Of a stretch of DNA of 64,000 nucleotides, positions 24,290-37,155 are shown in pieces. How positions within the stretch are numbered: position 1 is the first letter of the stretch; the number at the start of each line of letters is the position of its first letter. Made by a program: the position numbers and the translations under genes. This DNA is from Podarcis liolepis (Eukaryota), in the NCBI GenBank assembly GCA_965112155.1, contig OZ218101.1. One strand, 5' to 3'. The notes under the pieces were generated by a model that saw only the letters and a program-made list of their open reading frames with translations, was not told the DNA's origin and searched no databases.

Positions 24290-27200
24290 TCATTTGCCTG
24301 TAAGCTTCAATACATTTTTTACCATGGCTCCAATGCCATCATAAATGTGATGCAATTCTGTTTCACACATAAAGGCTGGGGTAGTTACAACCTTGTGGTT
24401 TGTGTCCACATGGGCCTCATAGAAGACAGTTAAGGAAAACACAGGGACTAAGCCAAGTGACAGAATAAACAGGAATATGCCTTTCTGCCTCACAAACCTT
24501 TATATAGTTATACATAATGACAGCCACCTAAATGTTAGGTGCCTGTCAAGAAACTAACCACACCGTTAGCAAACACCTAAAGTCAAGGAAGCAATCTCTC
24601 AACCTTGTGTGTCACTCTGACCCCACTTAATAACCTGGTAGCTAAGATGGGAGTCCTGCATGCCATTTGGGAATCCCTGAGCTTATGATCAATTTCTGCA
24701 TGGAATTCAACCACAAAGTGGCACTTTCTTATCACTTTTATGTGACTACTCATTTTGTTATTCATGTCTTGAAAAACATAGATGCAGCCATGCAAAATGT
24801 GATGACTAAAAAACAATGTTTTATCATAGTTAAAATTCAAATTTACTTCGTTAGTATTGTGTGACTTTGCATAACTTTAGGATGAATGACAGAATGATTA
24901 AAGGGACAGCAGACTCAGCTCTTTACTGTAAACTTGGTGGCTTCATTCAGGAACAAACCTGGGTGAGCCATGTGGTACAGTCACAAGGAGATCAGAAACT
25001 GCTTACTTTTTAACTAATCACATTATGTCTGACTGTATTTTTAGCCCTATAGGACGCACTTTTTCCCCTCCAAAAATGAAGGGGAAATCTGGGTGTGTCC
25101 TATGGGGCGAATGCAGGCTTTCGCTGAAGCCTGGAGAGCGAGAGGGGTCGGTGCGCACCGACCCCTCTTGCTCTCCAGGCATCAGGAAGACATCCGCAGC
25201 CTAGGCAGCCCTGCAGGAGGTCCTGCAGGGCTGTCTATGCTGCGGATAGCAGCCTGCTGCCCAGCGCGAGGGGCGCCCTGAAGCAGAGCGCCCCTCGCGC
25301 CGGGCAGACATCCACAGCGTGTGGAGCCCTGGAGGAGTTCCCCGCAGGGCTCCCCACGCTGCGGATAGCAGCCTGCTGCCCGGCGCGAGGGGCGCCCTGA
25401 AGCAGAGCGCCCCTCGCGCCGGGCAGACATCCGCAGCGTGGGGAGCCCTGCAGGAGTTCCCCGCAGGGCTCCCCACGCTGCGGATAGCAGCCTGCCACCC
25501 GGCGCGAGGGGCGTCCGGGCAGACATCCGCAGCGTGGGGAGCCCTGCAGGAGTTCCCCGCAGGGCTCCCCACGCTGCGGATAGCAGCCTGCCGCCCGGCG
25601 CGAGGGGCGCCCTGAAGCAGAGCGCCCCTCGCGCCGGGCAGACATCCACAGCGTGGGGAGCCCTGCAGGAGTTCCCCGCAGGGCTCCCCACACTGCGGAT
25701 AGCAGCCTGCCACCCGGTGCGCGAGGCGCAGAGCGCACCGGGCAGACATCGGCCAGCCCCACAAGCCTGGGGGACAGCAGGGAGGCGCAGCGCCACCGTC
25801 CCGCTGTTCCTCAACCTGGTTCGGTTTCCCCGACCTGGTTTTGGGGGGGAAATAAAGGGGAATTTTTTCCCCCTTTATTTCCCCCCCAAAAAAAACTAGG
25901 TGCGTCATATGGGACGGAGCGTCCTATGGGACGAAAAATACGGTAAGTAGCCCCGTCACCAAAGTCACATGGCTCTTCCTGCCTCCTTCACATTAGGTCA
26001 TAACTTTCCAAGTGGGATGCGTGCTCCATGCATGGATAGCATAGTTATTTAGAACCCTGAGAGCTTCCAAAATGTTCCTTGTAGCTGTGCCAGGGAACAG
26101 TGTGTGAGCCTGAGGCTCACTTATTTAACACTAAACCATAATTTAGTATTACATTGGAATGAGGCCGGTTACATTGCTAGAAAGCTTTTCCTGGGTTTAC
26201 AAATTTGTTTCGAGAAATAAAATAAAAAATCAAAAGGCTAACACTGTAACTGAGAATGTGATCTAACATATGTTCAGGAACTGTATAGAACAGTGCTGGG
26301 CAACTTGTGGATCTCAAGATACTGTTGGGACTCCAAACAGCACCAGTAGTCTGGGATGATGGGAATTATAGACCAGGACATCTGGTATTCACATTTAAAA
26401 CAGTCTCTTATGTTAGAATTTTGATAAAAAGTTTAATGGTTTTCCTAAAGCAAATGTTATCCTACTTCTGAATTGAACATACTAAGGCTGAAGTCCTAAC
26501 CCTATTTCCTGGGATTAAGCCCCACTAAATTAATTAAGGCTTACTTCTGAGCAGACATGATTAGTATTGTGCTAGATCATAACTAATTATCAGGGTTTTA
26601 GAAAGCCAAGGAAGATGGACATGCAGTTTATCAGCTAATCCAAATATATCACAGAATGCTTTCCCGAAAGCTCTTCAATTCTGTACAAAAATGTACATCT
26701 CTGATGTCTTATCACACTTAACCTCCTAAACCCATATACACTTAAGGAGAAAGAAAACCCTGTTATTGGTTTCAGTGCAACTTGCTTCCAAACATGTGGC
26801 TCTTTGGGAGTAGCAGGGGGTGTGGGGAGGGGAGAGGAAAAGACACTTAAATTCAGCCTTCATCCAGCAAAAAAGGATATTGTTACTTCTTTAATATGGT
26901 GTTTTCCACCCAGTGCTTTAATGGCCCCAGCAGTTCCAGCGTAAGGCCACTTACCACCTTCTTCTTCTTCATGTCCCACAGTGACTTCAGTACCAGGAAG
27001 AACCTTTGCAGCCAAAACGGGTGAAATGCAGCACAGACTGAAAAAAAAGGTGGACAGAAAACCTTCACTTAGGTTCCTCCATTGATGATTTACTGTATTT
27101 ACACCTCCCTGTTCCTTTGCTTATAAAGATTTGGCACACCCTCAAAAATAAAAAAAGTTACTAAACTGAGTAAAAGCCTTATTAACCATTACACAGCAAT

Positions 27201-30200
27201 GGGAATTTCAGTCCAACAGAACCAGGAAAAGAAGGCAAGGGCGGAAAGTAATCTCAACAAAATCCTAAAAGGAATAAGGTAACCTTAGACTTCTAAAATG
27301 CAGCTTTAAAAAAAAAAAAAAAAGTAACAGCCCTTGGGAGAGGCAAAATAGTCCAGGGACAGGATTGCTGAACCTTTTCACCTCTCAAAATTATGCCTTC
27401 TCCAGCTGTTTCCTCACACACAGCTGATAACAGGGGGAGGACACTCTTGAGTGGAAAAACACCCAGAGGAGAAAGTGTTAGGCAGTTCCATCCCATGACG
27501 CTTTTCTGTTCCTTGTGGCAGCTGCCCAGAATGCTTCTCCATAAGAAAAGGAAACACACACACACACAGAAATCATTAGAAATTGTATGCTGGCTGTTCC
27601 GGTCCTGTAAGAGAGGTGGAAGATAAAATCTGGGTGCTGGGAAAGCTCATAGGGGACCTTAAACAGGAAAAGTTGTGGGCTGTTAGCAGGACAGAAAAAC
27701 AGAAGCAAAAGTGACAAGGAGTGTGAAAGATCAGAAACACAGTTTGAAGAAGGTCTGGAGGCAGAAGGAAGGAGGACAGGGAGGCAGGAAGGTGAGAACA
27801 GGGACCTCAAACAAAAGTGTGTTGCTACAATGTCTGAAGGAAAGAAGAGGTAGAGAGACACTGGACTGGGGAGCATTGGTGTGCTGTACAGGTACAGAAA
27901 CTAGCACACCTTTTGAGTCATGTCCTGCTTGTGAGATTTCCAAATGCTGCCATTGTAGGAAATGGGATGCCCGGCCCATCAGGGCTCCTCTTTCGGCTGA
28001 TCAACTGAATAGGCCCTGCCCAACTTGTGATCCATTAGGCCGAAAGCAGCTAACCATCACCTACTGTGTGGACTGCCAATGCTTGACAACCTCGTTGTGC
28101 CAGGCAGCCAAAATATTTGTGGCTGGTGGGCTGAAGGCAGGTCGGTAGTGTTCCATACAATATGAACAAATACTCCCATCTTATAACTTACACACCCAAT
28201 GGGTTTCCCAGCTTTGTTGAAATCCTTTAGCACACGTTCAACTTCTCCATTCACTTTACAGTCTTTTCCATCCACTGCAAACGTAGACCTTAACACAAGA
28301 ATGAAAGACCCATAAATTGTAATTTTCCATTTCCAGAGGTACACCACGCTTAAAATAAGTAAAAGGCCCTTCCCTGTCTCTTGAAATACAATTTAAACTA
28401 CTCAAAGAAAGAAAGCAATCCCCACTTCCTTTCAACTTCTGCCCTAGCTCACTGGCAGAGCATCATATTCGCATGCAGAAAGCCACAGGTGCAAATCCCA
28501 GCATCTCTAGATAAGGCTAGGAATATCTCCATTCTTAAATTCTGGAGGTCTGCTACGAGTCAGTGTGGACAATGCTCTGACTCAATATAAGGCAGCCTCC
28601 AAGATTCTACCCTTAAACCCCACCTAAAAAATAGGGCTGTGAGGCAGGAATTATTTATTCATAAAAGCAATTAATATCCTCTGCCTTATTGCAATACAGA
28701 AGCCAAGACACTCCTCTGCTTCAATACTGAGGAAAGAGGGCAATAAATATGGCCACTCCCTCCTCAGGAACACTAGATGCAAGCTATATTTTTGGTAACT
28801 GTTTTAGTGTTGGTGTAAACCAGAGGTGGCTAACCTATGGCCCCTGGAGTGCTATTCAACTCCAGCTCCTATCAGCCCCAATCAGCATGGTCAATAGTGA
28901 GGTATGATGGGAGCTGTAGTCCAGCAATATCGGGGGGGGGGGGAGACAAAGGTTTGCCATCTTGGTATACATGCACAGCCATCATATGAAGGTTGTTTAA
29001 ATCACCTGTGCTGCCGATCCATTTGCGTGCTGTGACTCACAGAGCTGACTGGGCAATTAAGTAAACACAAACTTCTTTCTATGGGTGTACATAATGGCCC
29101 ACCACAGAACAGTTTGAAATTTGGTTCTCAGATTTGTGCTGGTCAATTTCTTTGGCAGATGAACAGCTGGATAACAGCCAAGAGAAGGAAGCACCCCTTC
29201 CTTCAGACTTTATGTAGTTCCCTCCCTGGTTGCTCCTCTGAGTCTTTTATAATCATTTTGCTCCAAGGTTCCAATCATAGTCACAGAGCAAGTGGCAAAG
29301 TTTTTGAATACAGCTATCCTTATTGGACCTCTTTAAGATTGCCTGATAGTTTAGTATTTTAAGTCTGCTTTTTTTATCTGTATCAACATGTATTTTTATT
29401 AATTTTATCAAGTGTAATTTTCAATTGTTAAAAAATATTTTAATAGTCTATTGACTGCTAGTAAATAAAGCCACCCACACTCAGTGGGTGAATTTATATA
29501 CGTGGGGGGGGGGGGGAGAGTTGGATTGCTTAAATGCAAAACAGATGCAAAGATAAAGCACTAACAAAAATTCCCAAGGCAAAAGTTATACAAGGCATCA
29601 GTACTGTTTCTGTAATACATGAGAACCATTCTAGCTCCGATGCTGCCAAGCCAGCTTGAAAACATATTCCTCTCAAGCAGCAATAATGCAATAAAGCTTC
29701 ATTGTTTATTTTCTTATTCCATTAGTGATCCACAGACTCAGCCTTAAAAGACCTCTTTAAAATATTTTGACTCCCCCCAAGGGAAAACAGGCATGCAAAT
29801 AAGTAACAGATTGCTTCAGTCTTCAACAACTGCCTGCAGCTGCAATCCTTCATGCAATTCCACTGATTTCAGTGGCCCTTAAACATAAATGGCAGCATGC
29901 CAAGAAAACACCACCAGGAAGAATAATTATTACTTCTTAATAATTATTGTACTTATATCATAATGTTGTACGTTTAACATAGTTATCTGAGTGGCTCACA
30001 AATATAAAATGGCACATTAAAATAGTTTATAATTTTATCTTTAATAGTTTCAGCATCAAGATTTCCATACAATGCGGCATAAAACTTAAGGCATTTTTAA
30101 AAATAAAACTTTCGATTCTGTTTTTCAACATTAGACTGGGGCTTGATTTGGCTGTAAAAATGGTATGTGTATTTTTCTGGGGCATCAACAAACACACAAC

Positions 30201-32470
30201 AATGAAAATATTTGTCCTTATGAAACAAGAAGCCTGAACGAACGCATCTGGAAAATTGTATTTCTTAATGAACTATAACTTTCCCACAGCATCTCTTAAG
30301 AGTGGCTAATTATCTGGAATTTAACAATTGCAATAGCGTATAAATTCAGAACTCACAGATTTTTGGCCGCACCGAAGCCTCCAGGAAATATCACAGCATC
30401 ATGATCCTTTGCAGTAAGTTTAGCCAAATCTGCAATTTTACCACGAGCGATCCTTGCCGATTCTGCTAAGACATTTCTTAAAGAAAAGTGGTATAAAGTG
30501 AAGAGCAGAAGTTGACTACATAGACATAAAAGGAGCACTATTAAAGGACCCCAGGAAGTAACAGCCTGAGATTGATAATTTAAAGTTACTGGACTTATTG
30601 GTAAAGTATTTAATAAAGTACAGTCATACTCAAATGGTTTGAGGGCAATATACAGAACTGTGATCCAAATACTGGGAACACTATTTACATATAACTCTGG
30701 GTGGGAGAGACAATCTAGAAAACTGAGGTTTAGATGAGACCAATTCAAATAGTGAGGGTAGCCAGCTTCCCACAGAGTATCAATAGATGTATGTGTATAT
30801 GTGTGCACTGGATAAATATAAATCTAGATATATTCATGTAGCTTGTCTTAAAATATGTTCTTACCTTGATTCACCCTCAGCTGGCTGTCCTTTGCTATGA
30901 TCGATAACGTGCATCTGAGAAATATCTGGGGCATACATCTGAACACTGGCTCCTTCACGGCTCAAATGGACCAATATCCTACAAAATACATAGATATAGG
31001 AGATGAAGTTGCAAAATAAGCACAACATTACACTGAAATTTACTTCATATCTTGGTAGAAACTATGGGGGGGATAGGGTATGACGCTCCAAAATACTCAA
31101 GGAGAAGCTATCTAACAAAGAAATACTGCCTACGTAATTGGACTGTTTATCAATCAATTCAACTGTTGATCATTTGGAGACCCAATGATTACACAAATAC
31201 ACTTACGCTGAGGCTTCATGGATTTCAGTACCATCATAAACACCACATCCTGATAAGACCTGCAAAAAGAAAATCAGCCTAGTGATTTCAACATCACATT
31301 TATTTTCCCAGTTCACATACACAGAGGCAACAGTAGTTTCTTGTCCAACTCAGTTCATTATTTCCAGAGTGACTCTGTTCGTATGCTTTCCTTACTGCAG
31401 CATAAACTTTCATGGATGAAGTGTTACTCTTGAAGGTCCCACATAAGAACACTTTGTTTCTATAGACTGTCTAAACTCCCAGGGAACAATAGTAAATTGT
31501 ATTAAGATTTCCTTCTCCAAACCTCTTCCCCCCCCCTCAAAGTCAGTCACCGACTAGGGCACAGAAGTTTTGTTAACGCTCAACTGTCTGCAACGTTCTC
31601 CAAATTCCCCCATAGGTGGCAAATGCTTCACTCGGGACCCTTACATGAAACCATAACAGAAGTCTGAACTGTTACTCTCCACTCCACTTTTCACTGCAGC
31701 TGTAGTAAGTCTTTATGAGCCTGGATATGGTTTTTATGAGCCTGGATATTGTTATATATTTCAGCATGAGCACGGAATGGAAGGGGGCGTGCGCTATAAA
31801 ATATAACTACCGTATAAACAAAGAAAGCCAATACTATACAGTACTGATCTGCGGCCGCAATTCTCGACACTACTGAACCCAGCGAAACTTGCTTCTGAGC
31901 TGTAATAATTTTACGTGTAGGGAATTGAGCAGAATTACGATAAGAGCCAAAGAAAGGCAGCAGAAAGGAAGAGAAACCAAACGAGGTATCTCGTTCTCGG
32001 AGCTGCAGCTCGACCCCGACCAACTGCCTCCCTTCCAAGGACGCCAACTTTCCACTCCGCCATCTCTTTTTCCTTGGCGGCCTTTCCCCCGTGCCTTCAT
32101 TAACAGCAAGGCAGGAGGAGGCAGTGCAGCACGTGCAGCTTTGCCCAGGGCTGCAGCTGCCGCTCAACCTGCTGCATTTCTGCCTGTGTGCCGCACAGCC
32201 GCCGAGGGGGTGGCAGGGAAAGGTGGTAGTAATTTTCCACGAAGCTCTCTCGCCTGTGGAGGAGCAGAAGCAGCGGCCGCCGCCCCTTAGGGCGCAACGG
32301 GAAAGAAGGCGCTCATCCGCTCACGCTCGGCTGGCAGCCGGACTCACCACAGCGACTCTGGCCCCGCGGAGACGCTGCGCCGAGCAATGAAACCCCGCGG
32401 CCGGGAGCCCCCTCAGCACCCGGAGCGACGATAGGGGCGGCCTACAACCCGCTAACCTGGCGGCCAACAT
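24290..32470 (-). CDS. GATD3: Glutamine amidotransferase-like class 1 domain-containing protein 3 (ES1 homolog, mitochondrial; DJ-1/PfpI family), 262 aa
   Basis: Exons 32470-32348, 31259-31207, 30978-30865, 30476-30357, 28288-28196, 27037-26881, 24418-24290 (789 nt). Arg/Leu/Ala-rich transit peptide, then [66 protein letters not shown]. Confidence 0.95.
24419..26880 (-). other. U12-type (minor spliceosome) intron, last intron of GATD3
   Basis: 5' site |ATATCCTTT starting at 26880; branch point TTCCTTAAC at 24437-24429; 3' end reads ..TCTTCTAT|GAG. Confidence 0.88.
25033..25943. mobile_element. Related Tc1/mariner non-autonomous element with an internal minisatellite (about 120-bp unit), in the GATD3 U12 intron
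   Basis: Imperfect TIR C(C/T)GTATTTTT.G.CC.ATAGGACGC; TA on the right side; about 5 internal units. Confidence 0.85.
28444..28602 (+). mobile_element. Old tRNA-derived squamate SINE
   Basis: A box TAGCTCACTGG, B-box-like GGTGCAAATCCC. Related copies at about 7215-7365 (-), 22180-22310 (-) and 49385-49510 (+). Confidence 0.55.
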
Positions 32471-32780
32471 CCCCGCACTACTTCGCTTCGAAGGGAACGA
32501 GCCGCGGAACGAATGGGGAGGGAGCTATATACACGGCCACACCGGAGCGCTTAGCCCGTTGCACCGGCGTCAATGCGAGCGCGGCATGGGCCCAGGAGGA
32601 GCGCAACAGCGCCACCCTCCGGCAAGGAGGCCTGTCGCGCCGCTGACGTTAGAGGGATGAGCTCGCAAGGAGGGTCTGACTGAGTAGGTCACTGGGCGAA
32701 CCGGCGCGGGCTGGCAGGCGCGGCCGGCGCTCTGTGTCGGCCAACCAGGCTCAGGCAACGGAGGGGGCGGCACTTTTATA
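32280..32780 (-). promoter_or_regulatory. CpG-island promoter of GATD3
   Basis: CpG-rich around exon 1; TATA-like GTATATAG about 55-60 nt upstream of the ATG; CRE-like TGACGT/TGACGC at about 32567 and 32644. Confidence 0.65.
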
Positions 32781-34160
32781 CAGTTTAGTATCCTCATAAA
32801 TTCCTCATCATATTTTGCTTTTCTATTTTGAACGCATTTCCCCAAAGCTCCAACTTATAAAAAGAACTTGCATACACTCAAACAACGTTGCAAAAGAGTG
32901 GGTGGCTTGACAACTCTATCAACTGGACATGCCCAAGCATCAACAAGGCCTGAAGGAATTTGGGCGACAAAATTTGCAAAGGAACCATGTTTGCAAAACT
33001 ATTTTACAACAATGTAGTAAAATCAACCACTAAAATGCTGGGTTTTGATTCAGGCATTGAAAAACATTTCCCTTTAAACCAAATTGCCCCCTTCTGTTAA
33101 GGGAGAGGAGGAGTGTGGAAAGATCTTCCCCTCCCCCGCAAAAAAGGGGGAAAGGTGGGTATCACATACTAATCTAAGAAAAATACATTTCAGCAGTGTC
33201 TTTCTTGGGCGCAAACAGCCTCAATGGGTACAGGAAACTCAACACCTAATAACTCATTTGTTCTTTCATTCAACTGAAGTCCAATTCATATGACCCTTTT
33301 AAATGTTGAGATGTGAACAACCGCTCACTAAATCTACACCCACCAGTTGGCATTGTTGCTGCATCCTATAGTCAAGGTCAAAGATGTGGTATAAGACATG
33401 TCATAGTGGAATAACTGCACCATCACTTCCCCCAGTTCACCAATCTCACCTGTTTTCAAGCACGATTCCAAGTGCTGGTGCTGACATTTAACGTGCTATA
33501 TGGCTTAGGATCCAAGTAGCTAAAGAAACAACTTTGGCCACAATAACCTGCCCAGGAGAAAGGTATTTCTATCTGCCGTTTGGTATGACTGTTCTTACTG
33601 TATTCTTTCTTTGGAAAAAAAATGGAATTGTTTCGTGAATGATGGCATAGAGATCAATAAAAATAAAATTTCACACTCCCTACACCTAGCTAAAATCCTA
33701 GCAATCAACTAATAACACCAAAATACCATTTGGAAACAACATTGTTCACTTTATCCTGTGATACACGATTCACATTCAGGCTACAACAGCTGAGCATTTG
33801 CTGTTGTTTAACGTAGGAGACCACATTATTACATACACTTTTCCACATTCGAGTCACAGTAATTTTCTAGTACTTCATAAAAGTAACTACATGCCTTAAT
33901 GCACTCCAGACAACCTGTAAAGCTATGAACATGCCTTTATTACTTGACCATATTCTCATATTGATATCTGTGAATACATCATGGATTATGAATAGCTGGA
34001 ATCACTTGTGCATGGCCTGTTTCTAGAAATTGTCAACCAGAGTTATTTGGGACATACAATGAGCTACTTCTTAAGAAAGAATATTTGCCTAGATATTCAT
34101 TCAGTTGATCTCAGATCCCACCAGTCCTAGTATTTGGCTTTCCCCCATAAACAACTAATA

Positions 34161-34464
34161 CAGTGGTGCCCCGCAAGATGAATGCCTCGCAAGACGGAAA
34201 ACCCGCTAGACGAAAGGGTTTTCCGTTTTTCAATGCACTTCGCAAGACGAATTTCCCTATGGGCTTGCTTCGCAAGACGAAAATGTCTTGCGAGTCTTGA
34301 GATTTTTTCCCACTCCCCCCCTTTTTTCTAAGCCGCTAAGCTGCTAAGAGCCGCTAAACCGCTAATAGCGCTAATCCGCTAATAGGGTTGCTTCGCAAGA
34401 CGAAAAAACCGCTAAACGAAGAGACTCGCGGAACGGATTAATTTTGTCTTGCGAGGCACCACTG
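34161..34464. mobile_element. Tc1/mariner MITE family C in the probable PWP2 3'UTR
   Basis: TA|CAGTGGTGCC.CGCAAGA ... TCTTGCGAGGCACCACTG|TA; repeated CGCAAGACG motifs. Confidence 0.85.
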
Positions 34465-34996
34465 TAGTTGAATTTTATATCAATGAAATTGTGCTAAAGG
34501 TCATTGGACCATTTGCAATATGACTGCAGCACTTTTACACGTTTACCCTAAAGCCAAGAAAAAAGCTAAGGCTGGGATCCACCCCCACTCACATTCCAAT
34601 ACTTCCATGAATGCCAGAAGTCTATTTTTTCTTTCAGTGGCACCCCATGTATTCTTGCAGGGTGCCACTCTGAATGACTTCCCAATCCAGAAAGGGCTGT
34701 CAATGGAAGGAGAGAGCTTCAAAGTTCCTGTGCAGAAACAGAAGTCAACTGGTGGCAGATGGATCCTGCCCCTCCTCCCAGGCATCTAAAATGTTTGATG
34801 ACATTGTCTTGCTTAAAATTTAGCAGTATCAAGAATTTACATGCTAGTCTAGAAACAGAGGACAAAAAGGAATAGCCTGCTTACTCCCAATCATGTTGCT
34901 GCATCACCTGTACAAAATATGCCTCTATGAGGGCTGCTCAGTTCTCAGTGAATACCACTGTTTAAATTACATGTATGCAAAAGCATTCTCAAAAGT

Positions 34997-37117
34997 TCAT
35001 GGAAGTGCAGGCAATTCTTCCATGACAGAGTCATTATTGGAGTCTTCCAAATCTTCATTTTCAGACACTTCTGCTGTACGTTTCACACCCCTCTGTTGTG
35101 AAATGGCCATAATATATTTCATGTTATAACAGTTCCAGTCACAACTGTAGAGACAAAGACCATTGGGGGGGGGGATTAGGTAGATTCAAAGCAGTGCATG
35201 CAAGAGCTTTCCTATGTTTATAAAAAGTAGCCAATAATCAGACCACTATCAGCAACAAACTACTTGCATTGGTTCACACATGCCACACTCATAGCTTAAT
35301 TTCTCAAGGCAAACCTGAGAATGGCTCCAATGAAAAGTATTATGTTTGAGGCAATATGAAAGTTATGTCTGTGGATTTTAATTGAGGATGCTTCATTGGC
35401 ACAACTAATTAACCATGATCTTTCTTACTAGCTGCTTCTGCAAGTAAACTCCATGTTGCAAGATGCTCTAAGGCTGAAATAACAAACAGATCTAACATAC
35501 ATGGTGACTCTCTAGCCTGCCAGACTTTCCCCAAGCCCTTTCCTCACCCCAGCTTTCTCCATGCTCTTCTGCTGATCAGTGCAGCCCAGTGAGGAAGGCC
35601 CATTTTTCATCCCCACAAAGACACACCAGAAGGGTGGAATTAAGATAATGGGAAAGAAGACCTCTTCCTGAACTAATCACCGGAGCAGGTTAGCTATTGG
35701 GGGCTGTTTGTATGTCTGGTATGTACTGTGTGTTTGTGCTTGTGTGAATGGGGAATTCATGTGTGCATTCAAGGATGGAGTACAGGACTGTCCGTACTAA
35801 CCAGTAGTATGCAGCCCCCAACTACCTACCCCACCCCTGAAGGAATTCGGTGTTGGGAATGGGAGGGGTCCTTAAGGCTACAGGAAGAGGTCAGTGAGTG
35901 AATGGCAAGGAACTTGACAGAACAAAATCACACAAAGCTAGAAGATCCCAGGTAAAATTATCCCCAATACAATGTGGGATGTTAGGTGGAAGGAAGGGGA
36001 AAGGGAATTTTCATTAAGAAATGCTCAATAGTCTAGTCAGAGTCATCTCTTTCTACTGGGAAGAGAAATTATTTGAAAGAGAATGCAACTGAACAAAATA
36101 CGTACAGTTTGGAAACGTCTTCAAAGTGACGCTGAATGCTTTTCTGAAGGAATTGAATGGTGGGCAGCAGTTTCTCTGACCTGCAAAAGCACACAAAAAA
36201 CTTAACTCTTGGTTTGTAAAAATCATTCTGTACATTTTAAGAATAAAAAAGGGCTAAATTCAAAGAACTGAGACAGCTGTGAATGGTGACTTGCAATGAA
36301 ACAACTACTACTTGCAGAAGTGGTAAATTATCTCTCTCACACACATACACAATATTGCTACAATTTAAGGTTCTGTCCACCGTGGCAGCTACCTGGCAAT
36401 TAGGAATGTAATTTTCAGTCCAATCACCTTAAAGGGATAAAATTGGTACAAATACCAATTTTGCTAATTCAAATTCACATTCTAAAGAATGATATTTAAT
36501 TTTCTAAAGCTAAGCAGATCTGGGCCCAACCAGTTCTGACGGGAAACCATTCCAAATTTCTTGGATATGGGCAGGATACCAGTATGTCTTATTCTCTCTC
36601 TTCCCACACCCTTATCCCCAAGGTCACTAACCTTGTTTTTAACTTGCATCCATGTAACATAAGCAACTTCTGAGTCCAGATTAGATAGAATTCCAAATGA
36701 CGAGATGTCTCAAAGGAAGAGGCTAAAAACTCTAGCATTTTTTCTATATACACTTCTGGAAGCACTGAGGAGATTACTTCAACTGCGGTTTAAAAAATAG
36801 TAAGTTATTAGTTTAAATCACATGTGCAGAATCTTAAGCTAAAAAACCCCAGTATATTCTATATGATTCATCACTAAGTTTTCCAGTTCCAAGTTGTTGT
36901 TTTTTTAATTTAAAAAAAGATATCTCCAGGCAAAGGAAATCCAAATCAATAAGCTGCCATATTGCACAATGCTATTCTTTCCCTATTTCCCCCTCTTCTA
37001 GATTCAGGTAGGTAGCCGTGTTGGTCTGACGCAGTCAATATATATATATATAAATAAATAAATTGTCCAGTAGCACCCTACGAGACTAAGAACAAACTTA
37101 GTTGGTCTCTAAGGTGC

Positions 37118-37155
<38 letters not shown>

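Noticed and set aside
25182-25946. Repetitive ORFs and CRISPR-like appearance of the repeat arrays here and at 18100-18670
   Set aside because: Vertebrate DNA; units are near-identical with no unique spacers and no cas genes; they are minisatellite interiors of TIR elements.
31691-32390. ORFs in GATD3 intron 1, and similar ORFs around the PWP2 promoter (54095-54945)
   Set aside because: CpG-island by-products with no recognisable homology.
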